Source of the DNA: Cirrosporium novae-zelandiae
Taxonomy: Eukaryota
Length of the DNA: 64,000 nt
Direction of reading: 5' to 3'
NCBI GenBank assembly: GCA_026023565.1
Contig: JAPETS010000002.1
Span: forward strand, 310,001 to 374,000
The notes under the pieces were generated by a model, which was given only the letters and a program-made list of their open reading frames with translations, ran no database searches and was not told the DNA's origin. The translations under genes were made by a program, and so were the position numbers. Below, piece after piece: positions 25,929 through 38,796 of the stretch; the stretch's first letter is position 1; every line of letters begins with the position of its first letter.

Positions 25929-27050
25929 GAGTGATAGGGAATTAATTAAAGGTTAAAGGACGGACCAGAAAGCGTATGTGTGAATGTGTGTCGGTGTTTG
26001 TATTTGTGACGGGTAGCACCAGGGAACCAGGGAACGAGGATGCGGGTTGCGGGTAGACTGTTTGTTTTAGGATGACTTGGGGAACCTTAGTTTTTGTGTG
26101 ACTATTAATTTTGGATGATGAGATGATGATATGGTGATGATACATAGGATGAGAAAAGAAGATTGAAAAAACAACAGGGTCGACGAAAAAGTAAGCTGTA
26201 CATGATAGGGATGATGATTATAATTAGGTGCTTTGAATGGGTTTTCGCGATGGGGTAACTTGTGGAAGATGGGGGATTAATTAATAATTAATTAATTGGA
26301 TGAATTGTTTCATTACCCCTCATAACCCCAAGAGATTATTCTTTGCATAATTATTTGTCTAATTACTTGAGATACCGAGGTTAGTTAGTCAGGGTACCAT
26401 GGGGGGTATTAGGGGTATGTAAGACATCTATCATTTTTTTCCCTGTTAACTTACATGATAACAGCAAGTATCTACTCAAGTATAGCACTATCATCATATC
26501 GTGTCCACAGCAACTTGTAACTCTCTAACATCATATCATCTTGTCTCTACTTTCTACAAAGTATATATTCTTAACATTTTGCGCCGAGATGTCTGAATCA
26601 GAGATCAGAAATAACTTTGGTATAACTTAAAACAATGTCATTGTCCATGGACATTATTATTATCAACAAGGTAACAAGATAGGTATCCTGCAAGAAATGT
26701 ACAGTACAGTACATGTATACAACCGGAAACGGTCCAATCCAATCGAGACCTGCACCCAGCAACAACACCAACAATAACAACAACATCAGCTCTTCTTCTT
26801 TATTCTCCAGCTACCACAAAGATATATTAATGTAAATTACAACCATTGTCAATCCTTTCGCTTCCAATCCCATTCATCAACTCTACGAATCTCATATTTT
26901 CTTTGTTATCCTTTATATGGCGAAAACCCCCACCGGCGACAAGCTGCTCTTTTGTCTATTCATGTATTACTTTTCTTACCAGACTTACTGTACTCTTCTA
27001 TTGCTCGTACTTTAATTGTGTGGAGCAATTCGAAGATAATTATATCCAAT

Positions 27051-29039
27051 ATGGATATTCCAATTCCTCCTCGGTCATCAATGCGACCAGCTTCTCTCCC
27101 CTCTACCTCGCTGTCCGGCTTGGAGCAGGTCATCACCATCACACATACCCCGCCTCCAATTTCCACTACTCCGCCATCGCCCGTATCTTCACAGAACTAT
27201 TCAAAAAAACCTCTTCCTCCAACCCCTCCAGCTGATCAGAATCCCCGTCGTCCTTCCAGTATTTACGGTGAGGATAATAATAAAAATGATGATGATAATG
27301 ATGATGATAATGACGATGACTACGATGCTGAAAGTGCCTTAATTTCTACTTTTCCTTCTCCAGACTTCAATCAAAACCAAACACCCACAGAATACTATCT
27401 TCAACCAGTAGCATACAGTCGAAGCGCCAGCCGAAGTGGTAGCGGGCGTTCTTCACCTACGGTGCCAGGGGAACAACATCAAGAACAGCCGCAGACTATT
27501 CGTCATCCTAGCATTCGTCGCATTCAGGATGATTCGAATCCTCAGTCAAAGCGTTCGTCGCGATCATCAAAACGTACATCGCAGTCATCTCGACGCTCCA
27601 ACTCTCTGGACCATAATATGAAAGTGGTTCCTGCATCTCCTTCGATACAACAATCGCCTCCTACTTCTCCTTTGTCGCAAACGTCTTTTCGGTCCTCTCA
27701 GTCACCCCCCTCTCCCAATATCGGTGTCAGCTCACAATCCCCACCGCCATTATCCTCACCTCTTTTCCCCACTCCCACACCGGTCAACTCTCCTACCTTT
27801 CCGCCACCACGACCTCCGCCTCCTCCTTCTTTAGGACAGCCTCCTACATCATATGCTCACTCCCCTCCGGCGCTAGATCGTAACTTGGTTCCAGCTCCAT
27901 TGAACCTTCAACCTCCTCGACCACCTTTCAGCGAACCCTCGCCAGACCGGCCTCCGTCCTCCGCTTTCTCTATCCCTACCACATCCTCCTCATCCTCCTA
28001 CATCTCCCGTGTAGATCTCAACTACACACTCCGAGGGATCCGAAAAAAACTTATCAAGCCCTTCCACCGCCTCCGCCATTCACGCAGTCAGGAAAGCGTG
28101 TCCCTCCCCCAGGGTGGCCAAACCATTAGTGACGAAGCGCTCCCCTCACAAATCGGACGGAGTAAATATTTCGGTAGATTCTCCTTCTCCGGAGGGTTAC
28201 CAAAGCACGGGCAGAGGCATTCAATATCCACATTACCAATTTCCAACCCCATCCCAATAGCACCTGGCGAGGTTGCTCCAACAACTACAATGACAAGCAG
28301 CCCGCTCAATCAAGCCATCTCACCTCCTACAACACCTGCAACGACGGCTTCTCCCCCCACTTCTCCACCTCGTCGCGAGCGCACTCTTGCCATCCCCGCA
28401 TCGCCGTACCAACAGCATGGACCAAAAATATGGGATAGGCCCAAGAGCAAAAACAAAGACAAAGATAAACCCAACAAAAAATCCCAAAAATCCAAACCTC
28501 AACCTCCCACCTTCAACCAACAACCCACCAACAAAAAAGGGAAACAGCCAATGCGTAATTCTTCCACTCCATCCCCCACTCCAGAAACAGAAACAGAAAC
28601 ACCCCGGGAAAAGAAAAAATGGAGTTTCCCGTTGACATTACAAAGATGGAGCCGCGTCCCTCTTATCCCCAAATCTCCTCCACCCACATCCACACCTACA
28701 TTTCCATCCTCCCCCACAACACAGCCCCACACCACCTTTGGTAGTTCCACAACTTCATCATCCCCCCCTCCTTCCCACACTTCCCCAAAACAACCCCAAA
28801 AAGAAAACTCCCCACCCTCCACCACCAGTTCTCCCTCCGCCTTTAACTCCGGAGCCCACATCTTAACCCACGCAGTCGACAACGTGGTTGGCCACTTTAG
28901 AGAACTGGAGCTCGATCTAACCCCTAGCAGCCGAGAAAAGCGAAAAGAAGAAAAAAGAAGAGAAGAACTCAAGAAACGGATTCAGTTTGTGGGGCCTGCG
29001 GACCAGTTTCCGGATGGGAGGGTTAATGTGTGGTTATGA
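27051..29039 (+). CDS. Pro/Ser-rich, largely disordered hypothetical protein
   Basis: Uninterrupted ORF of about 2 kb; first ATG at 27051 (MDIPIPPRSS). Contains KPLPPTP and LAIPASPYQQHGPKIW, and a C-terminal REELKKRIQFVGP motif of the kind seen in fungal hypothetical proteins. Confidence 0.75.
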   Translation: MDIPIPPRSSMRPASLPSTSLSGLEQVITITHTPPPISTTPPSPVSSQNYSKKPLPPTPPADQNPRRPSSIYGEDNNKNDDDNDDDNDDDYDAESALISTFPSPDFNQNQTPTEYYLQPVAYSRSASRSGSGRSSPTVPGEQHQEQPQTIRHPSIRRIQDDSNPQSKRSSRSSKRTSQSSRRSNSLDHNMKVVPASPSIQQSPPTSPLSQTSFRSSQSPPSPNIGVSSQSPPPLSSPLFPTPTPVNSPTFPPPRPPPPPSLGQPPTSYAHSPPALDRNLVPAPLNLQPPRPPFSEPSPDRPPSSAFSIPTTSSSSSYISRVDLNYTLRGIRKKLIKPFHRLRHSRSQESVSLPQGGQTISDEALPSQIGRSKYFGRFSFSGGLPKHGQRHSISTLPISNPIPIAPGEVAPTTTMTSSPLNQAISPPTTPATTASPPTSPPRRERTLAIPASPYQQHGPKIWDRPKSKNKDKDKPNKKSQKSKPQPPTFNQQPTNKKGKQPMRNSSTPSPTPETETETPREKKKWSFPLTLQRWSRVPLIPKSPPPTSTPTFPSSPTTQPHTTFGSSTTSSSPPPSHTSPKQPQKENSPPSTTSSPSAFNSGAHILTHAVDNVVGHFRELELDLTPSSREKRKEEKRREELKKRIQFVGPADQFPDGRVNVWL

Positions 29040-29464
29040 AAGGTGAAATAGAAGAAGAAAAAACAAAACAAAACAAAATATGGATTTTTTATTATGATAT
29101 ATATAGCTAGTTAATGGGAAAAAAAAGAAATACAAAATTTTACGTTTTTTTATTTTGAAAGAAGAGGAGTTTATATTTATGCTTTCTTTTGTTCCTTCTT
29201 TTTTTTTCTCGAGAGAGATGGATATATCGATATATGGGTGTATAAAGCTGGAGTGGAGATGGTTATGTCATAAAAACGGATGAGATCATGGACGAATAAA
29301 TAGATGGACGCTTTCTTTATTTCTTCCTGTAGTACCTTGGACCGTATATACTTGTGTACTATATAACTACCAAACATACCCAGTAGTAGTCCTCTTATAT
29401 CCAACTCCCCTAACCCCCCCAAATCTACATCCCCACCTCACCTCACCCCTACCTACCTACCTCC

Positions 29465-31711
29465 TTACTTACTACCCCCATACCCAAACCCCAACCCATT
29501 CCCCCCATTCCCCCCACCATTCCCATTCCCATTCCCCCTCGCCACCCTAACCTCACCCTCAACCCCACACCCCTCCGGCTTCGGCAACCCGACATAGTGA
29601 TTGATCCAATCCAGCACAGTACGATGCCAAACGAGGCTGTTTTCTTGCTTTAGGACCCAGTGGTTTTCGTCTGGGAAGGAGAGGAATTTTGAGGGGATGC
29701 CTGGTGGGGGGTTGTTAGACTGTTTGATAGATAGGGGGGAAAAGAAAAGGGGGGGGGTGGGGGAAAAATGGGTAGACATACCTCTCATCTGTAGAATGTT
29801 AAAAGCGGCTAGGCCCTCGGAGATGGTGAGGCGGTAGTCGAGTTCGTTGTGGATGATTAGATGCGGTGTGGCCCAATGCTTTGTATGTCGTGAGGGGTCG
29901 TATGCATCGTACGAAGCCTGGGAAGTCCAGATAGGACCTTTGAGGTCGTGTAGTGGGAAATACTGTTCTTCGCTGGCGAGCTGGCCGCTCATGCTGAAGA
30001 CGCCATCGTGGGTAACCAGAGCTTTGAACTCGCGACCCAGCGGCATTGATTGGATCCAATTGCACATGAAGCCGCCGTAGGAGGCACCCAACGCGACAGC
30101 GCGATCGGTATCCACGTATGCGAGTTCTGATTTGATGTGTTTGAAGCCGAAGACTAGGTCTTCATAGGGGAGACCGCCCCAGGAGCCGCGGATCGAGTCT
30201 GTGAGCTCTTGCCCGTAGCCTGTGCTGCCTGTGGGGTTGGGTGTCACGACGACGTAGCCTTGTTCGGCGAAGACGGCGGGGTTCCAGCGCGTGGACCATT
30301 GGTCATTCCAGGAGCCTTGGGGACCTCCGTGGATTAGATAGGCTAGAGGGTATTTCTTTAAAGGGTTAAAGTCGGAGGGTTTGATTACCCATGCGTGGAT
30401 TTGGAATTTGGAGCCTTGCCACCAGGTTTCGGAGACTTGGCCTGGGGAGAGCCCGAATGCGGTACCGGTGCGAGAGTTGGAGGAGACGACTGTTTGCTGG
30501 GAAGATGTGTCGAGGATCGAGTAAAGACTGTTGTCGATGAAGGAGGTGGATGTTAGGAATAGGGAGGTAGAATTGGTGGACAATGGCTTCATGTCTGATA
30601 TATAACCCGAGTTTGTTAATTTGGTCGGAAGTTCGTTGCCTGGTGAGCACGTCGTTTGATAGAGCACACCGCGGCCGATGTTTTCTGCAAGGAGGTACAT
30701 TGTGCCCGCCTTGGTTATGAGAATGGAATTTGGACTGCGGTCCCAGCCGCCTTTTCCATCAGCCGTCTTGAAGAGTTCGGTTCCTGTGAGATCGTGAGTT
30801 GAAGAGACAAATATGATGCGGGTCTTATCGGACTCGTAGCCGTTGTGCTTCATTTTCAAAAAGGCAAAGGATTCGCCGTCTGGGCCAAAGACAGGGGAGG
30901 CTGCGGCTCCTTTCAGATCATCATCGACCTGAACTATGCGGGGTTCAGACGGCGCTTCAGTAAAGGATGGCAGAGGGATGAAATAGCAGTCTGCTTTAGT
31001 ATTTGTTGCGGGGTTTAAGGTGGGGTCTTTGGAAATGAATATTAAGCCGGTGGTTGCGATATCGAAGTGGTCTGTTCCTCCGAACGGAGGCATTGGGGAT
31101 TCATATTTGGTTCCCTTGAGGGCATTGTGGAAGCTGGAGAGACTCCAGCGTCCTGTGTCTGGCTTTGTTTGTAGGACCCCATACCAGATAGAACTTTTCT
31201 GAGGAGTAACATATTTATCCCAGTGTCTCACAAACAGCGAATCATATATCCTTGCGCTCGAATATGACTTTGGTGCATTCTCCGGGTTATAGAGCTCCCC
31301 TTCTGGGGTTTGCTGGCCAGTGACGGCAATTGCGATTTTTCCCCTTTCGAGGACCTTCAGTTTAATATTTGACACCGGACCAGAAATGCTTCCAGCAGTA
31401 TATTTAACTCCATTCCTCACATCTGCGACTATGAAACTTGTGTTTCCTTTTTTCTCCTCTTTCAACCATACAATCTCATTCCCCTCTCCAATCCAATGTG
31501 GGTCGCTTGCTTTTTCGTCATTTGTAATCAGTGTGGACTGACCATTTGCAATTTCAAGGACTCGAATCTCGGATGTCTTTGAGTGTGAGTCGAAACTATA
31601 CGATTGTACGGAGTAGAGAACAAGGGTTCCGGCGGCATTCGGGATGCCTGATGAGCGTCTAGGAGCTCCAAGAAGGACTTGCGGGGTGAACTTGATAGCG
31701 CTTTTAGTCAT
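29465..31711 (-). CDS. dppV: Dipeptidyl-peptidase V (S9 prolyl oligopeptidase family), no obvious signal peptide
   Basis: FTPQVLLGAPRRS start, YDSLFVRHWD, IHGGPQGSW, WSTRWN, nucleophile motif GASYGG, ELDYRL (catalytic Asp), FPDENHWV (catalytic His); 81-nt intron at 29701-29781. Confidence 0.93.
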   Translation of the reverse strand: MTKSAIKFTPQVLLGAPRRSSGIPNAAGTLVLYSVQSYSFDSHSKTSEIRVLEIANGQSTLITNDEKASDPHWIGEGNEIVWLKEEKKGNTSFIVADVRNGVKYTAGSISGPVSNIKLKVLERGKIAIAVTGQQTPEGELYNPENAPKSYSSARIYDSLFVRHWDKYVTPQKSSIWYGVLQTKPDTGRWSLSSFHNALKGTKYESPMPPFGGTDHFDIATTGLIFISKDPTLNPATNTKADCYFIPLPSFTEAPSEPRIVQVDDDLKGAAASPVFGPDGESFAFLKMKHNGYESDKTRIIFVSSTHDLTGTELFKTADGKGGWDRSPNSILITKAGTMYLLAENIGRGVLYQTTCSPGNELPTKLTNSGYISDMKPLSTNSTSLFLTSTSFIDNSLYSILDTSSQQTVVSSNSRTGTAFGLSPGQVSETWWQGSKFQIHAWVIKPSDFNPLKKYPLAYLIHGGPQGSWNDQWSTRWNPAVFAEQGYVVVTPNPTGSTGYGQELTDSIRGSWGGLPYEDLVFGFKHIKSELAYVDTDRAVALGASYGGFMCNWIQSMPLGREFKALVTHDGVFSMSGQLASEEQYFPLHDLKGPIWTSQASYDAYDPSRHTKHWATPHLIIHNELDYRLTISEGLAAFNILQMRGMSTHFSPTPPLFFSPLSIKQSNNPPPGIPSKFLSFPDENHWVLKQENSLVWHRTVLDWINHYVGLPKPEGCGVEGEVRVARGNGNGNGGGNGGNGLGFGYGGSK

Positions 31712-32358
31712 TGTCAACGTTCCGGGAGAGGACAATGCAGTTGTTTCTGGTAATATTGCCGAGTAATAAGGTCTTCTTGGTTGTAGAAGTACTGTGGTAA
31801 TTGTAGTAATAGGTGGGCCGATAGTCACGGGTCGTCCACCGGGGTGTTGTCAATTTCGAGACTTCGACCAATTGATGTTGAAGGCTTTGAATATTCTTGA
31901 TGCTGGACGGAACATATTTGTGTAAAAGGATTGGATGTACTTGTATACAGGAAAACAAAAAAAGGCGCCAATGCAATGATGACTGCTTAGTAGCATTCTT
32001 CAGGCATCTCTGACCGCCAGCCGCAAGAGATATCTACCCCTCGTGCCCCTCAGCGCCAGCGCAGATCTCCCCCATAGTACCCACCCCCGTTGTTTTCAAC
32101 GTCAACCCCAAACTATTAGTGGATTTCTAGAATGGAGAATACAAAAGCCAATTTCAACTGAAATGGCACCAATGGAAAGTTAATTATCAAATGGTGGGGA
32201 CGTCTTCTTGCCGAGAGACCAGACTTGAGGTCTATGGTAGTTTTAAGTCCCGATTTCTTCTGACTTTGAAACTACAGCGGAAGATTACAGGTATGTACAG
32301 TCAACTTAATCCGAAATTCAATAAACTCTCCTATTACTACACAGCAGTAACCTAGAGT

Positions 32359-34244
32359 CTAGATATTCATTTTCATCTGTTGAGAATCCACCCAGTTGCC
32401 ATGTAATCCTGGTCTCAACCTCACAGGAAGCTTCACAATTGCCCGAGCCTTGGCGAAATCCTTCGTGTCGATGATATGCAGCTCGCTCAGCATGCTTGCG
32501 TAATTGTTAACGAGGGCCATCAAAAACCCATCTCCTTCTCCTGCCGAAGCAGATCGAGGAACAAATACTGGTTCCTGCACAAAATGGGTGCTCCCTGGAA
32601 AATATGTCTCATACTCCTCTGTCTCGATGTGGATGTGACCCAGTGCATTGTATACCGGGTATCCTCCTCCCATGGACGGCATGATCTTTTCAAAGTCGGT
32701 TCTTAAATTGGGATCCATAACATCAAAGAAACAGTGGCTGTAGTGTCTCATTGAAAATCGGTCATCGATACGGGGAAACTCCATATTACAATCCTTGAGG
32801 ACTTGTCCCGGAGCTAATTCGATGTTTGTCGCATGAGGATCGATAGTCAATCGAGTCAAAACGGTTTTAATATTTTCAGGCTCAGGAGATCGTCCTTGAG
32901 CATCAGGCCACCAAAAAAAGACGTTGTTATCGCCTTTGGCTAGATCAAAGACTATCTTCCCATCTGCTGTCTCATACGCGTTGCATGTATGTCCTGGGAA
33001 GGCATTCGGAGCTCGAAACCACTATATGGGAACCAATCATTAATACTAGGGAAGAGGCTTCTCGTAGATATCTGGGTTGAATCACCTTGACGTCTGAGCC
33101 CTTTGCTCTATGGCGAGGCAACAAACCAATATAAAACGGAATATCCGGGTTCCATTCCCAGTGCTCCCCACCACGCTTCATCCGCTCGATATCACAAACC
33201 TGTGGGATGAGCGGAAATAGGACCTAAAGCTACATCAGTTTTAAACCTCACTAATCCAGAAAAAATCCTTCATAATCAATGTCTAAGACCATCCAAGACC
33301 TACCCAATTCTCAGTCACAGCAAAATCGTGAATCATTGCCACGACCGGTGCCACCAACCAAACCGTCTCATTGAACTTGCCATCCGGACTAACAGAATAA
33401 TAACAAACATCAGGTGTCCCGTCCCCCTTAGCTTCATACCCAAAGCAGACCATCTCCTTGGTGAACGGATCAAACTTGGGATGGGCGGTGAAAGTAAGAC
33501 TCGGTAGCTGCTTGTTAAAGTCCCACAGGCCAATCGTTTCTAAGGTCTCGGGATTCAAGGCATACGGTGGGCAGTCCTCCTTCATGGCAAGCAGGACTCC
33601 ATTGAAGTATGCAATATTAGTGTTGGCAGTAGACCGGACCTTGAATTCAACCGCATCTGTAAACTTATTCCGGTATTTTCCTAAACTCCAACAAAGCTAC
33701 CATCAGCGAGTCGCAGGAAAAAAAAATCCACCATCCAGTAACAGAAGCGGTAACGATGACAAAAAAAAACCTACCCATCAATGCCTTCCCACCCTCTCTC
33801 TCCCTAACAAACTTCTCAGTCCGTACAAATCTCTGCCTAAAACTCACCTTCCCCTCAGCTATCCGGAAAGCGCTAATATTACCATCACCATTGAACCACT
33901 AAAAAACATATATATATCAACTTGACTGACTATATATAGATAAATAAAACCAGGAGCAAAAACAAAAACAAAAACCAACTAACCGGATCATCCTCCACAA
34001 ACGGAGGAAACTGCGGATCTGGCATAACTCTCAAAAAAGCCCCATCCAATTCACTCGGAATCCTCCCTCCTTCTTCAACCTCCAGGTTCAAAACCTCGCC
34101 TTCGAAACGGCAGGGTTTCATAAAGCCGGAAAATTGAGCTCGGTTTGGGAAGTATTGGGGATGGGAACCACCACCACCATCACCACTATTGGTAGATGGA
34201 AGCGACGACGACGACGAGATGTTGTAGTAGTGTTCAGCAGCCAT
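32359..34244 (-). CDS. Carotenoid oxygenase family, lignostilbene-alpha,beta-dioxygenase (CAO-1/Rco1-like)
   Basis: FSGFMKPCRFEGEV, DDP/WFNGDG, GKYRN, ANTN, MKED; four Fe-binding His (TAHPK, MIHDF, PGHT, LHGNW); EFPRID and QEPVFVP; four canonical introns. Confidence 0.92.
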
Positions 34245-35379
34245 GATGATTGATGATGATGATTGATAGCTAGGAAGAATGAATTATCGAGGAAAAAGAT
34301 AAGGGTTGTCCATGGACAAATAATAGGCAATGTATGTCAACCCCTTCTCTCTCTCTCATTTTAAATAAATACATTTGTGTGTATAAGGCGGTTTCAGGGT
34401 TTCCTCCTATATCCGATCTCTTCGGAAGCTAGGGTTGTTAATAGACAGATATAAGGTATTTAAGTTGATAATGTATATCCGAATTCCGAGAAGTCAGTTT
34501 CTGAATGTGGGGCCGAGGATAAGGAAGTCCATGGCCAGCTTCCCAGTAGTAAAAGGATACATAATGTAGAGTAAAAGTACCTAGGTAGGCAGACATTGAT
34601 CCATAACTAACACAAAACATTCCCATTGACAAATAACGTAGGAGGTATGTATTCGCAACTGAGTCGACACAAACGAATCACATATAATCTTCCTTGCTCG
34701 ATATTACAACAACTTGGACAGACTCTATCTGGTTTTAAACTAAAATTCACATACGTGATAAAAAAGAACACACTTTCATTGGAATAAACTTTCTTGTATT
34801 AATCAAACTTTCTCAACAGTTGGGTTGTTCAAATCGCACGATTTGCTATCGCTGGTATCAAAGGTACTCAGATCCTCTCTCCATTCGCCATCGCCAGCCA
34901 TCGCATTAAGGAAAAAGAAGGAAATATCTTAGACACACGGAAGAGAGAGTTTGTATTACTTGGGTAAGAAGCATAGGGTAAGTATCTGTAATGGCAATTT
35001 CTGCACAGTGCACGCTAACTCCTCTGCGGCACATCGCTAAAAAATTGTCTTTGCAGAAAGAAAAATTTAAGACAAAACAAAGAAAAAGAGGGGGTATATA
35101 TCGCCGTTCCTCATCTGAATCGGAAGTGAGAAAAAACACCAAAAGGGGAATGGGTTAGGGGCACGGTGCTGTGTAACATCAACATTAAAATCTTCGCCAA
35201 CATTAGACAAAGCACCAGATTCATCTAGCTCGCTGGTTTCCTTTGTTGACTAGGTTATTCGAATCGGAAATATAAGAAGGGGGTAATGTTTTTGTGTTTA
35301 AAGAGGTTTAAAACATGGAAAATGTGTTCGCCCGCGGACATGAGATCGAAGCGAGAAGTAGGTCGATAGGCCGTCAAGC

Positions 35380-38300
35380 CTACCGAGCGTTCTCCATATT
35401 ACCAGTCAACTCTGCGACCCTGGCTTTAATACGGGCAACTCGAGATTCGATGGCTATGATTCAATTAGTACTCTTGATATTCAAAGTCTTGGTAAAAATT
35501 ATAAGTAACTCACTTTCTTCTCCACTCGTCTCTCCATCATCCGTAATCGTCTTTTCTGTCTGACCTCCTCGACTCTGCTCCTCGCTTGCCCTAGCAGCGC
35601 GGTCTGCAGCATTCTTCCTGATCTGGGCCCAGCGATCATGAGGAGATTGAGGTGGCGACATCGATGTCCTAGTATCATCCGACATTCTCTCCTCTTCTGG
35701 TTCCTCCGGAATTGCGTGTGGATCTGGTGATGTAGGGCTGATGCACTCATCATCGTTGTTGCCAGGAGCGAAGGCTGGAACATCTTCGAGAGGACCCTGG
35801 TCAAACGAAGAAAATTCTTTGACGGCGCGCCGTTCTTCATTACTTTCGGTACGGGCAAGTTCGGGGGTGTGACTTCGTGGTTCAGCGGTTGGCATTGGAA
35901 CCAGTGGCTCTGAGACTATAGGTTCGTTGTTTGTTTCTACAACAGGTGTGGGCTCCGGAGTTGCTACTCTTGAGGGTTGAGACTTCTTCATGAAACCAGA
36001 GAAGCGACGACCAGCTTTCACTTCGGGTGGTGCCAACTCATCCCTACTGACTGATGCACGGGATGATCGGCCGCTCAAGGCAGCATGTGCAGCTTCAATA
36101 GCAGCAGCACGATCTGCAACACTTAATTCGGTATTCTTTGCAGCCCTTTTCTTACCAAAAAAGGCCTTTAGACCACTAGGCTGATGTGATTTCTTTTCCA
36201 GTTTGTTTCGTTTTTGGTCTGGGGATCTTTTGGGTGAAGATTTGGGAGATGGGGAGGCTGGGGCTGGGGTGATGGAGCGCTCAGGAGGCACAGAGCTTGT
36301 AGGCGAAGCAACTTCTTCAGTCTTGTGTCGGACTTGCTTGGGGCTCCCGACAGGCTTCCTCCCGATTGTCTTTACTGGCTCTGGCGTTGCCGGCGGCACC
36401 GACACTTGCGCAGGTTCAGTGGCGGGCGACGGTTCTGGTGAAACGGATCTTTCTGATTGCTTATTCCCACCGTTTGGTGGTGCAGGGAGATCCCTGTCCA
36501 GTTCCGCTTGCGAGATGTGAGATGGGCTTCTCGGGAGATTTGAGGTGCTCTTATTGAAAGCTGGCGTTGTTCGTCCACTGGATGGACCCATGATCTCTGA
36601 CCCAGCAATTGTTGACAATTGATCAGTCGACATGCCTTTTCCTGCAAGATTACTTCCCAAATATTTAGCCCTAACAGCGGTTCTGTCGTAGCTGTGAGCC
36701 CATTTCATCGCCGGAGCTGCTTCACTCATGATCATTGGTTGCAGGGTGAAAACACTACTCGTTTTCTGCGAAGCAGCATCATCCAATCGACCACGACGGA
36801 ACCCGTTGCGGCCATTCTCCTTGTTTTGCTGCCTTTCTTGCAATGCTCGTGCTGCGGCTTGAATTCTAGCATGCTGATCAGGTCCAACACTGATCTTGCT
36901 AGTTCCATCCTGTTCCGTGAGTTCACCGGGGTGGAGATTTTTTTTCCCGCCGGTAGTTTTTGCACGCTTCAGACGATTTTTACGACCAAATGTAAAGAGA
37001 CCCTTCTTTTCGGCAATGTACGCCTTTGGATCCGGCTCGGGAGCAGCACCCTTGAGCTGCTCTTCCATGACCAACCAACGGGCACCACGAATAATGGTTT
37101 CAATCAGTGCACCTCTTCCAAACGCACCTTTACGGGCGGGGGCTTCCTCACCAGCAAGACTGGTAATCCACACCCACCAGAATGCGTCGTCGAGGTCGAT
37201 CATCATAATGCTAGCTAGCTCACCAGGTTCAAGTATTGATTCATTATCCCCCATCCTTCGATGCGACTGTGAACTTTGACCACGAATTGGCGGGAGTATC
37301 TTGTCAGGTGGGAGTAAAAGCGAGGGCGATGTTTTGTTGCTTGCATCATCTGCGAAACCAGTAGAGAGGAAATCTGCCCATGAGGGAGTAGTCGGCCGTC
37401 CGAGTCCTTGCGTCTTTGAATGCGGTGTTGTTCTTAAGCCTTCGGGTTTTCTTGGTGATAGAGCAGAGCTATCCAGTTCATCATCATTATCGGATTCTTC
37501 CAATCCTCCAAATCCTATGTCTTCAAACCTCGACCAGGAAGCCGATCGTAAAGTAGTTGAGTTCTTAGAACTCGAAACAATTGATTGATTCGTCGAGGAT
37601 ATACATTTCAGAACTCGGCGACATTCATCGGTTAATGCTTTGACCGGGTCATCATAATTGGAAAACTCCTGCAAAGCACGATCATCATCTCTGTATTGGA
37701 AATGTCTAGCACGTCGCAATAGAGAAAAGGGGGTGGGTGAAACTGTATCGACAATCATAATAACCTTGGTGGTACTATTTTGCATCAACGACGGCCGCTC
37801 GGGGGGATATTCTGTTCCTTGTGAGAGCGTCTGTAACGATATGGGTAATCCAGATATTCCATGGGTATTAGTTTCGGGAGAAAGGGATCGCAGGTACGCA
37901 AAGAAAAGGTGGCTCGTGGCATCGGCAGCCCTATCACACGTTAGATCTTCGACATTTGAAGCAAGCATTATTTTTTACTGACTTGACCCAATTTTTGTAA
38001 CCTCCCTCAAAGCCCAGGCCAGTGTCACAGTGCGAAAAGGCCCACCATCCTGCATATCTTGAAAGTTTGCGTCCACCAAGACCATTAGTTTTTCCATGAG
38101 CAGCAACAGCGGCCATTAGATCGAAAAAGTCGAAAACAATCTTAGTTCGTGCATCAGACTCAACACTTATAGGTATAAATGTCGCAAAGGCATCTCGCGC
38201 CATATTCGAGTCTAGTTGAAGATATGAGCGGATATTGATTGATATACCAAACGGAAAATACCTTGTTCTCCAATCTTGAATAATTCATATGCCTCCCATG

Positions 38301-38796
38301 TGACCACACCGCCTGCAAGCCTGCTCCAGCACCATTTCATTACGCTGCATAATACCTATGATTCTTAGTCAAGGACAAGTAAGGAAGGGAAGTAAATCGT
38401 ACCATAGGATCCGTAAGACGAAGCTCTTGTGCCAAATATTCTCCATGTAGAGTTGCTGCTCCAGGTCCATTCTTGAAAAAGTTCCGTATGAAGGTACGAG
38501 CGGCACTTGGATCTGAAGCAGGTCTGAATGGTAGAAGTAGGAATGGCATGTCAAGTGCTGCAATTGTAAGCTTATGATTATCCTCTTGTTTGGCGACAAG
38601 GTCTCAACATACCTCTTGCTTTAACTTCATTTGTACATCCTCTTATTAACTCTTGTACTTCCTCTGGTTCCACCTCAGTACGCAACCAGGCGTCTGTCCA
38701 TGTCGGCTTCGCAGGAGCATCCGCGAAATCTCCATTTTGTTTCCCATGTTTGCTTTTCCCATCCTTACCTTTAAATACCTTTAAGAAGAACGGCAT
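35380..38796 (-). CDS. Msb1/Mug8-like (DUF1708) morphogenesis-related protein
   Basis: MPFFLKVFKGKDG...WTDAWLR..VEPEEVQELIRGCT..K.R/ALDMPFLLLPFRP, KWCWSRL, AAHGKTNGLGGRKLSR, DDAFWWVWITSL; last exon IESRVARIKARVAELT; five introns. Confidence 0.82.

Noticed and set aside
31712..31828. N-terminal extension of DPP V in the ORF track as a possible signal peptide
   Set aside because: It begins at GTG and lacks a hydrophobic core; the first ATG is at 31711.
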